Assembly (NCBI RefSeq): GCF_009914755.1
Contig: NC_060925.1
Length of the DNA stretch: 64,000 nt
Direction: 5' to 3' (one strand)
Source: the human T2T-CHM13v2.0 reference genome, Homo sapiens
Positions 30,476-43,330 of this stretch are shown piece after piece. Under the pieces are notes generated by a model. That model did not search any database and was not told the DNA's origin. It saw only the letters and a program-made list of their open reading frames with translations. Position 1 is the stretch's first letter. Each line of letters begins with the position of its first letter. Both the position numbers and the translations under genes were made by a program.

Positions 30476-31138
30476 CTTTTTATTAATTCAAAAAAACAGG
30501 CAGATCTTAGTTCTGTTAGTTTTGACCTTTAAGTTTTGGGATTTTTTTAAAGGTTTATGAGTAGGCTAAATCATGACAAATGCCTAATTTAAAATTGATT
30601 TAGCTGCCAATCCCCTCTCCTGTGAGAACCAGCTGCCAACTCTGCTCTAAGACAAATAAAAATACTTGGATTAATCCATTCAGCAACAGAAAAACATATC
30701 TCTTTTCTGGTACATTGGAAACAAAATAAATAAGCTCTGCTAAGAAGAGAGACCCATATAAAGGGAGAAGCCTTTTTAGGAAATTATTGGGTCAGGGTCT
30801 CCACTGTTGAAAGCCAGGGGGTACTGAAGGTAGCAATTCTTGATTGAAAACATGGTTCAAGCACTGGTCCAAGTGGGCTTTTTAGGGATCACATGTCATG
30901 GACACTATTCCATATCAAATATTTTCTTTCCAGAACACAGTTACTGGAAAGGTTTCTCATTCCAACCAATGTGTAAAAAAAAAAAAAAAAAAAGAAAGCA
31001 ACCCCCTCCCCCCCCAAAAAAAACACACGGTATACCCCTCTGATCCCATGCTAGCAGCCCTCCTGGGAACAGCTTACAAGATAAGACAGCTTTGCAACAG
31101 AGCACTATTAACTCTCTCCCTTTTGTCGCTCTTCTCAG

Positions 31139-31235
31139 TGAGGCTCTTTACTGGGGTGCAAATGCCCTATTTTGTAGAAGAGAATTGACACTGTGCATAG
31201 CAAATACAAACAGCAAAGTTATTCTGACAAACTAT
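31139..31235 (+). other. candidate internal exon (97 nt)
   Basis: tattaac branch-like, ctctctcccttttgtcgctcttctcag| acceptor, TAT|gtaagc donor. Confidence 0.3.
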
Positions 31236-31755
31236 GTAAGCCAATGTCCTCCTCTTTGATCCATTTTTTTTTGTGTGTGTGTGCCTAATTGTTGGCAGGC
31301 CAATAAAGCTCAGAGTCTGTGGCACTGGAAGAAAGAGGTGCAAGAAGCCTGCAAGTTTATGCTGTCAGGGGAGGATTTCTGGATTCCCAGCATTAAAGGA
31401 TTTGAATCCCCTGGCTGCTTTGGGAAAGTGTCCTGTTTGTGTTGGGGGAGTCCCAGGGCAGACTTCCATTACAGAAATTGAGAGATGTTGTTGCCTTAGG
31501 CTCCAGCACCTTTCCCAGGCTTGTTACATGCCATTCACTCATTCCTTCATTCAACAGATATTGATGAAACACCCCTGACTCAGAGCTGGGGAACATGTGA
31601 GGCCAGGGAAGGCAGTATGCTAGGAGTTGTCTTAGGAGATGAAAAGGTCACTGACCCTGACCTTGAATAAGCAGAACTGTGTCATGGACATAAGTAATGC
31701 AGATATTAAAGTCAATGTTAGGACGATAAATTAGAGTCACTGTTAGGACAACATA

Positions 31756-31820
31756 ATAATAAAGACAAGGTTAACTATTTGGGGAAATAATACAGACTAG
31801 CAGGCAAAGGCCCACCAACT
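31756..31820 (+). repeat. copy 2 of a 65-bp dispersed direct duplication
   Basis: 57/65 ungapped identity to 30411-30475. Confidence 0.9.
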
Positions 31821-32005
31821 GTCAGAAAGTTTTGAGTCCATGTCCTAGACCCTCCATTTTCTAATACCACCTTGGGCATGCCATTAACTTCCATGAGGTT
31901 CAGATACAGAGAACAATGCTCACCTCATAGGGTTATTATGAGCCTTAAATAAGGTAATGCTTTACTTAGCACATTATTGTCTGTGTCACAGTAACTATTA
32001 TTAGT
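31821..32005 (+). mobile_element. MIR
   Basis: accttgggcatgccattaac...cacctcatagggttattatgagccttaaat. Confidence 0.75.
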
Positions 32006-32211
32006 ATTTTGATAGTCTAATGTTAAAGCACATCTCTTTTCTTTCTTCAGACCCCTAAATCAAAATAAAGAAGTATAGCTGTTATTGCAGGGGATAATCC
32101 CATATTTAGTAAATATCTCCAGAAATCATTCTAAATAATGGAGTTGAGCCCAAGGCAACTTTGCCAAAGGGTCTTGATCTTTTAATGCCTGAAAGTGACT
32201 TATGTTCATTA

Positions 32212-32643
<432 letters not shown>

Positions 32644-33329
32644 CTACCATGTCCAAGACTTTCCTTTCCAGACTATTTGAGAGCTGAGCATTAGTGAACC
32701 TCTTTAAGCTGAGAGGAGATTTGAAGGTTATCAACTTAAGCCCTACTCCATTGCATGAGCCAAACCATGTAGCAAGTAAGAGACTCAGGTTGGCTGATAA
32801 CATTTCCTCTGAAAGTCTCATATTTTTTCTTCTTCAAATTTTAGCTCAGAGTTTCAGGACCCCAGATTTTCACGGAATAGGCCGAGTGACATTGGAGAGA
32901 CTACCTGTGAATGACCATTTAGTAAATGGGAAAAACAGTGATGCCATTTGGGGGCTTCTTGTGTTGATGATGGCTGAGCATCAGAGACTCTGGGATTGGT
33001 GAAAGGGATGATTGGCCAGCCTGCTGGCTTTTGGAATGAACTATGAAATGGTATGAAAGTGTCAAGAACCCCATTGCTTTCACCATCTGTACAGTATTAC
33101 GATATATGCATTTGCTTTGTGTGTACTATTTGGAAATATATTTCTACATATGCATTTATGTAAGAGTGTTAGCAGTAACAGCCACAAAAAGGGTCCAAGA
33201 AGTAGTGATTGGAAGGCAAGGAGAGGCCACCAAACCATCTCCAAAGCCAAGATGTAGAAAGAGGATGAAGTACTTTTTCAAAATAATGAATAATAATAAT
33301 AAGGGTAATAATAACCAGCTACTACACTA

Positions 33330-33860
33330 CGAAGCAAAGGGTTAAGTGGTGTTGTTCATTGTCACATGATTCTGGGAAAGAGCTGAGCAGGAACCTCAGG
33401 GATCCAGGGATCGGGAGGAGGCACATCTTGCTTGCACATGTGGCCTCTACCACAAACACTTCAAAGTGCCTCCTCAGACCGACATAACATTCTGACGCCG
33501 ACTGTAAATGCCCTTGACACGCAGAGTGGAAAATATCAAACACTCCAACAGTCCCCCAAATGCAGTGTCTCTGCACTGGGAAAGGCCTTAATGAGCCTGC
33601 AGTGAAGGGAGGGAGGGGGTTTTGAGGGTAGGGCTCAGAGCCAGAGAGAGAGGAGGAGGTGTAACGGGTGGTTCTGATTTAAAGCTTGTACTGATACATG
33701 CCGGCGTGTGCAACTGGGCTCAGGCCGCTGTGAATCTAAATGCCCTAGGACCTTGCAGAACAGCCCAAGCATCAATTCCAGGCCTTGCTGAGTCAAGACC
33801 CTACTGAGACTGTTTCCCCTTGCACATTCCAGAGCATATGACTCTTAAGTGGAAGAATTT
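33330..33860. promoter_or_regulatory. candidate enhancer
   Basis: 10 CpGs in 33330-33730; TGCTGAGTCA at 33786-33795; CACATTCCA at 33823-33831. Confidence 0.3.
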
Positions 33861-34199
33861 CCCAGCCCATAGAGCTGTACTTTTTCTGCAAAGGAAACTT
33901 TGCACCCAATTTTCTCTTGCATGGTCCCCCTCTATTCTTACTGATAGCACTTTTTGATGCTGCCCTCTCTTTGGTAAATTTTAATGACAGAAAACTTAAG
34001 AAGCTCTTTCATCCTATGAAGGCCCCCTTGCATTTCTGTAAGCAGGGAGTCTTTCCATGGGGGTCTGTTTGTATCATCTCCCAGAAAACTCTCACAAACT
34101 GAGTCAGTAGGTTAGTCCAGACAATGTGGAAGCAAAGGGTGGGTCCCTGCTTAATATCTCATCTTCTTTCCCATCTATCATTGGACCCATGTGCTGGGT

Positions 34200-34770
34200 T
34201 GGTTCATTCATTCATTCTTTAATTCACTCACTACTTTTGAAACACTGGGGCACATGAAATTCACAAAACATGTTTCTTATCCTTTGAAAATATCACGATA
34301 TAATAGGGGAGAGGGACAAATAAAAATTAATTGCAAACTAGTGTGTACTGTGCTGCAGTAGAGGCCTGTTACAAAGTGCCAGGATCACAGGGGAGAAAGT
34401 GACTATGTCAGTTTTAGGCACTGGGAATCCTTCCCTTAGGAGACTATATTTAAGCTGGGCTTTGACTAATGGGTGGGATTTCACCAGGCAAAAGAAGCAG
34501 CCAACACAAAGATGTTGGAGAGAGCAAATCATGGTGAATTTGGGGAAGGATGAGTTTTGCGTGTTTGAAGTGGAGGATATGACAGCAACGGTGATAGACA
34601 AAGCTGGAAAGGCACAAAGTTAAGGGCATATGTGCCAGGCTAGTGCCTTCATTACAAAGTCTAAAGAGTTTAATGTAGAGCTCTTATTCAACCATAGCTG
34701 TGTTTTAGAAGGGCACATTTAGTTTTTGAGTGAGAGATGATCAGGAAAGGGGAAAGGCAGGAGGCTTGCT
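34200..34770 (-). mobile_element. L2
   Basis: ttcattcattcattc antisense tail followed by purine-rich L2 body. Confidence 0.7.
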
Positions 34771-35744
34771 GTGTGTGACAGGCTCTGTAAGTCTGAAGAA
34801 CATCATTTGCACACCGAAAGAGGAATTAACTTCTATTTGTTCCCAGGTCTGCTAAACTCTCCTGGTACTGCTGCTCCCAACTCCTTAAAGGCATAGCATC
34901 TAAATTAATAGTGTTCTCAAGGCATTCCTTTGGCCTCTGTTTTAGTCTTTCCAGATCATGTGTTCTAGGAGAGAGAACTTCGGGAAGTCATCAAAACCAC
35001 TGGTTCATTATAGAGCTACACCCCAGGGGGAGTATGGAGGATGAAGTCCAGCCCCAGGAGAGCATGAACACATTCTTACATAAATATGGAACCAATGGGT
35101 AATTTTAGCCAGAAAAATGTACTGACTTAAAATGCATTCTGTTACTAAGCTTATATCAAATAGGCCCAAGGGGACCTGTCAGAAAATTTCTTGCAAATTA
35201 TGTTTATGTGTTTTTAGATGGTGTTTGGGTGGTTACAGTTCTTCTAGTATAGTAACATGGGAACAGTAGATAAATGACTAATAAAAAATGGTAATGGAAT
35301 CCCTTGTGTTAGTTTCTAAAGTTTTTACCTCTTCAGGGAATAAAGAGGAATTAACCCATGAGCAGGAAGGGTTCTGGAAGAAAAGAAGCAGTTGTCAGTG
35401 TTGTTGTTTTGTTTGTTTGTTTGTTTTACAAAATTTTAATTGTCACTGCTGGAGAAAAGACCCCAGAATGAAAGGATTAATTTGCTTGATGAACCCCAGC
35501 AGATTTTACATAATTTAAAACTAACTAGTGGGACCTGCTCTAAAAATATTACATCTTGTTTCTCCCCACAGAAAGACTGTAGGTAGTCAAAAGTGATTGC
35601 TTCATCTGGAATATTGGCTCTGATTAAAAATCTTTAGACAGGACTTGGTTATTTGTTACTGGAAACTTACATAGCTTGGCCTGCATGCACTGACCGTATT
35701 GAACATACACTTTTGATCTATCCATCTATCTAACCATGTCTACC

Positions 35745-35970
35745 ATTTATAGAATACCAAGCAGTGTGCTGAGATCTTCATATGCATTGTGTTATATTAG
35801 CCAGTCTTACAACAACCCCGTTAGATCAGTCCTACTATTAGCCCCATTTTACATGTGAAGGAATTGAAGGCTCAGAAGGATTAAGTTAACTTGCACTAAG
35901 TTAACTTGAAGCAACCAAGGAGTACAAATGAGATCCCAATCCAGATCTGACTCCATTACTCTATATAACA
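35745..35970 (-). mobile_element. MIR
   Basis: tactattagccccattttacatgtgaaggaattgaaggctcagaaggattaagt...atccagatctgactcca. Confidence 0.8.
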
Positions 35971-36929
35971 CACTGATATTTCTAAAGAAGGACACTAAAA
36001 GCTGTTACCTGAGTATGAGGGCAGAGAAAGGGGATTGGATTTGGTTTAACATAATCAAGTAGCTTGGGTGATTGAGGAGTAGAACCAAAAACTCATCTCC
36101 CTTGTCTTTGGTCTGGGCTTTGCTTTTGACCCTCTAGAGTGTAGGAAGCAGGGGACTGTTATCCCTGTGCCTGGAGTTGAGTCTCCAGGTCATCTTGCAG
36201 AGCTGGACAAAATCACCACTGCAGCAAGCCCGAGGTCTGAAAGCAATTATGCTAGGCCTAAAAATAAATGAGCTGCAAGTAAAACACAATTTAATAATGT
36301 CTAATTTATAAATTCCCCCTGCTTTTACAAAGACACCCAGCTCTTACATGTGGAAGTTCTGTGTTTTAGTGAAGGGAAGTGAATTACAAGGATTTTATTC
36401 CTCAAAGAAGCTGCCCCTGCCAGACAACCTTTCTGTGAGCTCATTGCACAGGCAGTCTGCCCTTGTGCACTTGGCATCTTGCTCGTCTCTTAATTTAAAT
36501 GGTCCAGGTGGGCAAGCAGAGCTCCTTGAGGCCCTCCTTGCTCTCTGCCACTGAGGCAAGAGAACAGCCTTACTGCAGTTCCCCTCTCTCAGCTCCCACT
36601 CCTGACAAGATAAGCGGAAAAAATAAAAGCATAAATTTGGTTTTGGTGAGCATCTTCATGTGGCAACCAGCCTTGCAAGGAGTCTGAGTAAATGTTCTGC
36701 TTCCTCCTGCACATGAGCTAACAGGCTTGAAAGCCTGGAAGAAATAATTCCCAGGTTGCAAGAGAACAGTAGGATGACAGGTGATCTTGTTCCTCATTTG
36801 GTTCTAACAGAGATCGTGAGTCCAGCCAAAGCATTTGAAGTCTTTGTCACCCTTTGAATGGAAGCAGCAGGTCCCTTGAAATGGTGTAATATCAATGTTT
36901 TGGATTGGAATAGAAAATTGAGATGCAAG

Positions 36930-37600
36930 AGGACATGATTATCTGGATGTGCTAAAGGCACCTCATCATTTCCCTACAAAAACATTCCCTTGCCCACATC
37001 TTTTATCAGTGAATGGGTCCATCACATACCTAGGCACCCACGTTGGCACCCTACATTCTTCTTTTCAACCTCATCTTCCAGTAAGTCTTGTTGTTTTTCT
37101 CCTGAATGTCTCTTTTCTCTATCTTCTTCTTTTCACGTTGTCAACTGTCCAAATCCTCTTAATCTCCCCGTCCCGCACCCATCCTCCGCACTGCTACCAG
37201 AGTGATGCTTGTAATCAAGGAATAATAATTATCATTACAGCTAACATTTTATCTGGGCTTGCTAGGTGCCAGGCGCCATGCTAATAACTTTGCCTCTATC
37301 CTTTTATTTACTTTGATAACATCACATCCTGCTCTGCAGTTTTTAATGATTCCTTTTACCAGAAGAATAAAATTGTAATTCTTTAATACAGTATCATGAT
37401 CTGGCCCACTCCTTACTGTGATTCATCTGCTGCCACTGTCACCCTTTCACTTGGCATCTGCTTGATCAGGCGCTACTCACAGCTCCCTTCACACGCTCTC
37501 ATTTTCTGTGTTTTTAGACTTGCTGGCTCTTGTCCTCTACCTGCACACCCCCCTACCCCAACTTTTAACCTTTTTTACAGGATCACTTTCTTAGATGAGA
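36930..37600. mobile_element. L2 fragment (plus) interrupted by MIR (about 37215-37320, minus)
   Basis: ttatctggatgtgctaaaggcacctca; cagctaacattttatctgggcttgctaggtgccaggcgccatgcta. Confidence 0.6.
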
Positions 37601-38124
37601 CAGTTTCACCACTGAACACCTTGGAGAATAGTAAGATCTATATTCTGGAACTTTACTACTAAACTTCATTGCCACAAATTAGCACCCTCAACAGACTATG
37701 AATTCTACATTCAAACAATCTATGTCAAAAGGAAGGCTTTAGATCACCATTACAAAACCCAAATCACAATTTTTGCCAACAATCAATATTTAACCAGCCA
37801 ATCTGGTGGTTGGGCTTGTGAAAACACAGTCCTTAAGTGGCAAATTTTGCAACCATATTCTCTTGAGGACAGGGCTCTTTGCCTGTTTTGTTTCATGCTT
37901 TCTTCCCACTTTCTAGGACTAAACCTGGCATATTTTAGGCACTTGAATATTTGTTTTGTTGATATGAAGAGACACGTTTTTGGCTATAACAAACATTTGG
38001 ATATGTACACTTAATTTTTCCCCATGTTTTATTTTTCATTTTTGATGATGATGAGAGTGTAAACATTTCTAAAAAAAAGCAATTTAGCAATATGTATCAA
38101 GACCCTAAAATAATGTGTATCCTT

Positions 38125-38465
38125 TGTGGCAGAGACTGCAAACTGCCTACCCAATATCTATTTCCCTTTTCTTTACTAAGAGAAAGAAGTACTTCTTTAC
38201 TACAGAAAATCTTTATTTATTGAGATGAAAAGGTGTCCAGCTAAACTTCTACATTTCCCAGCCTCCTTGCACCTAGGTGTGGCCATGTAACTAAGTTTCT
38301 ATGGCTAGCAAGATGTAAGTGAAATTCTGTGGGAGGCTTCCAGGAAGTCTCCTTAGAAGGTGGACAGAACACTGATGAAATCCCCTTTGCTTCCCTGTCC
38401 TTCCTGAAGTCTAAAACTAAGGTTAGACTGCAGAATCTTCTACAGCCATCTTAGACTCATTGAGT
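38125..38465 (+). mobile_element. MLT1J-like LTR fragment
   Basis: tacatttcccagcctccttgcacctaggtgtggccatgtaactaagtttct. Confidence 0.75.
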
Positions 38466-39164
38466 CAAACAGGGTTTATTAGAGGCTGTTGGAAATATAC
38501 AGAATTTCTAAATGGTCCATGGAACTTACCAAGCTGGGGAGTACTGGCCAAGGACAGCATCCAGGGGAAATGATGTTCTGAGGCACATCCCTCTGTCATG
38601 GCCTGGTTGCTCACCACTTGGCACTTGTGACAGGAGAATGTCAGCTCCTGTTAAAGAATCCAGGCTCCTCCTCCTTGACACCATCCTTTCCAGAGAATCT
38701 CGCCTTTCTCTACTTGACCACCCCCTCCCTGTGCTCTCTTCTGCCTCCAAGTCTTGCAGCAGTGTGTGTGCATGGAGGAAATCAAATCCCCCTAGAAACT
38801 GGAGCTACCAGGAGACCTGGAAAGCATCATTCTCCTTTCTGCTTTTCCAGTCTCTGAAGTACAGGAAGACACATGCAAAGGGGACTGGAGCAGGTGTTGA
38901 AGAGCCAGTATGAGGTACTTCCCACTCTCTCAACTCAACATCATCTGCAGTTCTTTGTGTCAGGGCTGTCATTGTTCAGAATCAGCAGGGATATCCAGCA
39001 GCAGGAATAAATAGTGAGGTTTGTTTCATGCATGTTATGCCGAGGGAGAAAAAGTTATAGAGCCCAGGAAAGAGACGCTATAGAATCACACTTGGCATTT
39101 AGAAGACCTCAAAAATGACAGGAAATACCAACTACCAGCTAGGCATAATCAATTCAATAATTCT

Positions 39165-39800
39165 GGGGAATAACAATGGCCTCCTAGCTGGGCTCCTGCT
39201 CTGACCATTGTTCCCTTCTCTGCACAATAATCAAAGTGATTGTGATAAAACTCAAGGCACATCACATTTCTCTTCTGCTCAAAACTCCCCACAGTCATCC
39301 CCTCTCAGGTAGAGAGAAGCCACAATCTGCACTCTCCTTGCTCCCTTCTGGACCTCATCTCTCACTTCCTCCCAGTGTGCTTCCTCTTGGTCACTCCAGC
39401 CTTTGTTTCTCTACCATTCCAAGTACACTCCTACTCCGGCCTTTGCTTTGCTGCTTTGCCTGGAATACTCTCGCCAGGTATCTGTGTGGGCTTTTCCTAG
39501 GTGACACTTTTTAGGGAGGCCTTCACTGGCTACCCATCCCTTGTTTAGCCTCCCCTGTCCACCAACTTTCTACCTCTGTTCCTCTTTATTTTTTCTTTGC
39601 ACTCATTGCCTCCAATGTACCATATTTTTCAGACATTTGTCTTATTTACAGATCATCTCTTTCCATCTCCTAGAATATAAGCCCAATGCAGGTAGAGATT
39701 GCTGTCTCCTTTCTTCATCATTGTCTCCAAAGAAACTAGAGCAGTGCCTGGCACACAACAAGTGCTTCACAGATACTTGTTGAATGGATGAATAAATGAA
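39165..39800 (+). mobile_element. L2 (L2a-like) 3' part
   Basis: tagaatataagccc...gcagtgcctggcacacaacaagtgcttcacagatacttgttgaatggatgaataaatgaa. Confidence 0.85.
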
Positions 39801-40806
39801 GGTACTGGTTAAATTAAAAAGCCATCAGACTGAAGACAAAATCAAAGAAATTTTTCCATAGAGGGATCTAATGTAAGTGGGGTTTCTAAAGAGACAGAAA
39901 AGGAAATTTTCTAACTCCCTCTTCCTTCCAGAGCTCCTTGGGGTCAGGACTGTGGAGGGGCTGTCTGCCAGCCACCCTCTGTAGAGAAACCCTGGAGCCG
40001 ACATAGTTGTGGCTGGGAAAGAACATTGGCCGGGGAGCCAGGAGAGCAGACTGCAGCCTCGCCTTTACCCTTCCCACTCATGTGGCCCCTGATTTTACTG
40101 ATGGAGAAACTGAGCTTCTGTGGGTTCCTACTTTCTTCCATGGTGTATTGGCACTGAAGGAATGATTCACTGATAAGTGACTTATACTCCATGGGTGTAA
40201 CTCCAGTGCTCAGGGGCTACGTTTTTAGCCTTTGAATTTCCTCCAGAAAGGCTCATGGCAGTAAAATTCCTTCTTTCCACCCCATGGAGTGGGGCCACAT
40301 CCCCCAGGCTGTGACCTTCTGCAGGCTTACACTGACACTCAGCGCCCATGGGGCTGGCCATGGCCTGCCTCTTTAGGATACCGCATCCGGTCTGCTGCCG
40401 CAATCTTGCTGTCCAGCCTCTGTTTCTTCCCTAAATACACAAGCTTTCCCTGCACCTTTCACATGAGTGTCTTGAAGGAATCCAGAAACATTTTTCTTTA
40501 ACCTGCCTGAAATTTGTTTTGGCAGAAGTTCTGAAGGCTGAAGTCTTGAAAGATTTGGGCTCTGTTAAATTACAGACATAAGTTCGGTGAGGTAAATAGC
40601 TCAGGCAAAAATTGGAGTACCCTCACTGTTATTTCTGTGCTTGAAACTCTACCCATTCTGCAAACCCGACTCTAGAGCTGTCTCATCCACGAAGCCTTCC
40701 CAGGTCACCAGAAGGCAGGGCATCCTACTCTGCCAGTGGCTGAGTGGCAGCACGGCATGGAAGAGGAGCCAGGCTGATCAGATCCCAGGTCCTGTTAGCG
40801 GGTAAC

Positions 40807-40990
40807 TTCAACCAAGTTCTCCAACTTCCCTGAGCCTCAGATTTCTCAATTGTAAGTAATGATAATGACAATATATTGCATACTTGAAAACTGCTAAGTT
40901 CAACCAATTTCTCAAACTTCCCTGAGCCTCAAATTTTTCAACTTTAAGTAATGATAATGACAATATATTGCATACTTGAAAATTGCTAAG
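40807..40990 (+). repeat. 92-bp tandem duplication (2 copies)
   Basis: 40807-40898 vs 40899-40990, 85/92 identical, ungapped. Confidence 0.95.
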
Positions 40991-41155
40991 ACTGTAGATT
41001 TTAAATGTTCTCACCCCCCAAAATAAGTATGTGAGTTCATGGATATGTTAATTAGCTTGATCTAACCATTCTACAATGTGTACATATATCAAAACATCAT
41101 ATTGTGCACCATAAATAGACACAAATTTTGTCAATTAAAAACAATTTAAAAATAG
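40950..41155 (+). mobile_element. L1MA/MB-type 3' end inserted in a MIR
   Basis: atacttgaaaattgctaagactgtagattttaaatgttctcac...ggatatgttaattagcttgat...atcaaaacatcatattgt. Confidence 0.85.
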
Positions 41156-41164
41156 TAATAGTGA

Positions 41165-41310
41165 AAATAATAGTACCTAACATTTATCAAGAGCTTAAGC
41201 CAAGCACTGTGCTAGATACATTACATTATCTGTTTTAATCAATCATCTTTAACAACCCTGTGAGATAAGATATTTTATTATCCCCTCTTTACATATGAGG
41301 AAACTGAAGG
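41165..41310 (-). mobile_element. MIR
   Basis: ctaacatttat...aacaaccctgtgagataaga...ttacatatgaggaaactgaag. Confidence 0.8.
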
Positions 41311-41519
41311 TAAATGGGATGATAATTTATACCTCACTGGGTGTTTAAAAATACATGCATCCTATCATGCAGTAAGCACTCAATAAATGTAAGTTCCTTC
41401 TCCATCATACCCACTAAACCAACTTGTAGGTGTTATTCTCAACACTTACCATATATTGTCTTATATAGCAATGTCCAGTACTGTACTGTCCTGGTTAGAG
41501 CATATAGGACAGGAGACAA

Positions 41520-41715
41520 GGGTTAGAGACTATTGAGAGTAAGCGAGGCCTGGGCTCCTGCGCTTGGACATGTTACTTAATCTTTATGCACCTTAGTCTC
41601 TTTCACTGTAAAATGAGAGTAAGACTGTTAACTCTAAGGATTCATTGAAATAATATATGAGTATAATCTAGAATAATGCCTGGCATATAGTAGCTATTAT
41701 TACCGCTATTATTTA
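41520..41715 (+). mobile_element. MIR
   Basis: gttacttaatctttatgcaccttagtctctttcactgtaaaatgag...tgcctggcatatagtag. Confidence 0.8.
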
Positions 41716-41832
41716 TCATCAATGTTAAAATACATATCACTATTTGTTCAAAGTTTTCTGAACAATAAGACAAGTCTGTTCCATGTTTGTAAATCTGTTT
41801 GAGTCTTCATCCTATGCCTGAGATGCTATAAA

Positions 41833-42017
41833 ATTGCTTCTCAAAGTGCATCCAAAGGGCCATCTGCATCAGAATGTCCTGAAAGCTTGTTAAAAGGAAA
41901 TGTCTTGAGTGTCTCCCCAAAGCAAATGGATCATGATCTCTGGCAGTGACCCAAAATTTTGTATTTGAACAATTTCTTCAGGTAAGTCCCATGGGTACTG
42001 AAGTGTGAAGACCATTC
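41833..42017. mobile_element. MER5A (hAT-Charlie)
   Basis: ttctcaaagtg...tgcatcagaat...gcttgttaaaa...actgaagtgtgaagaccatt. Confidence 0.75.
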
Positions 42018-42706
42018 TACTAGGAGCACCAAATATCTGTGAATGAAATAAGCAAATGGGCATATTATTAAGCTAGTGCTAATAACTTCAGGTTACAATG
42101 ACCCTGGTTTTGCTCCTGACATAGAATTTTTTACTTCAATTCCTCATTTGGCTTTTCCTTGTCCCAAATCCTACTTCACTCTATTTCCTTGAATAGGTGG
42201 AATAGCTTTCTATTTAGGCACAGGTCTTCCTTAGGCTCTGAAAAATTCCTGAGAGTTGTTATACCCCAGCTGATTCATCAACAACATGTGCACAGACGTA
42301 TGCACACTCTGGGTTCTGGCCTCTGATTATCATCCTGAAGCTCTATTAAGACAAGTTATATTGATGAAGGCTATAAGAAAACAAATACCTCAAAACTTTC
42401 AAAATACTATAATAATAATTTTTAATTGACATATAAATCTTTTTGACCTGAACATTTTAGCAAAGGGAGGAACAAAAACCTGAGTCACATGAAACATATG
42501 AATTAAATACATAGGTATTTGGGATTTATTTTTACACCAACTAGATGTTTTTAAAGGACATTTTTTAAAGCATCACTAAAGTAAAAGATTATTGTTCTAT
42601 AAAGACATGTCATACCAACGTTTCAGTAGAACACTACCCCTTTAAAAATAAAAGGGAGGAAAGACAGAATAGTGATGTGGTCAGCAGAGTAATAAATTAA
42701 ACTCAC

Positions 42707-42729
42707 CTGGCAGAGTTCATTCTTAAGGT
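42707..42729 (-). other. candidate micro-exon (23 nt; 48 nt if the acceptor at 42755-42756 is used)
   Basis: Minus strand tttttttacattcctcag|ACCTTAAGAATGAACTCTGCCAG|gtgagt. Confidence 0.35.
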
Positions 42730-43149
42730 CTGAGGAATGTAAAAAAACACATTTCTAGTGAATGAAAAAATATCCACAGAAAAAGAGAACAGTTTCAAAA
42801 CATGAAAGGAGAGGTTACAGTCTCAAAACCCTGACTCCAGCACAAACAGCATGTCCAGGTTAAGAGTCATACTCCCTGGGTAATTTCTATACCAAATATG
42901 CAACATTTTATATAAGCCAAACAAAAGCTGTCAAGCCCAACAAAACCCAAGCTTGCTTAATTTCTCCCACAAAAGGAAGACAGTAACAACCTAGAACTGA
43001 GCACTGCTTTTTTATTAATGGTGCCTATATTTTAAGTTTTTAGTTGATTTGGATAGTAAAAAACTACACACTAAAATGACTTATTTCAGAAGGTAGTAAT
43101 TGTCATATGCTAAAAAGCTGAGCCTAAAGTTCTATAGCATTTGCATGGT

Positions 43150-43330
43150 CTCAGCTCTAGCAAATTTCTCACCCATTTCTGCTTCAATTTCTTCATCTGC
43201 AAAATTATAAAAAGAATTGTGCCTATTTCAAATGGTGGTTGTGAGGATTCTATGTTATAATGCCTGTAAAGCTCTTAACACAGTTCATTGCATATTGTAA
43301 GACCTTAATCAAAGCTAGTTTTTATAATCA
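43150..43330 (+). mobile_element. MIR
   Basis: gcttcaatttcttcatctgcaaaat...ggttgtgaggatt...ataatgcctgtaaagctcttaacacagt. Confidence 0.8.

Noticed and set aside
33887-33904. tgcaaag-GAAA-ctttgca hairpin with GNRA loop
   Set aside because: A 7-bp stem is expected by chance in 64 kb and no larger RNA structure surrounds it
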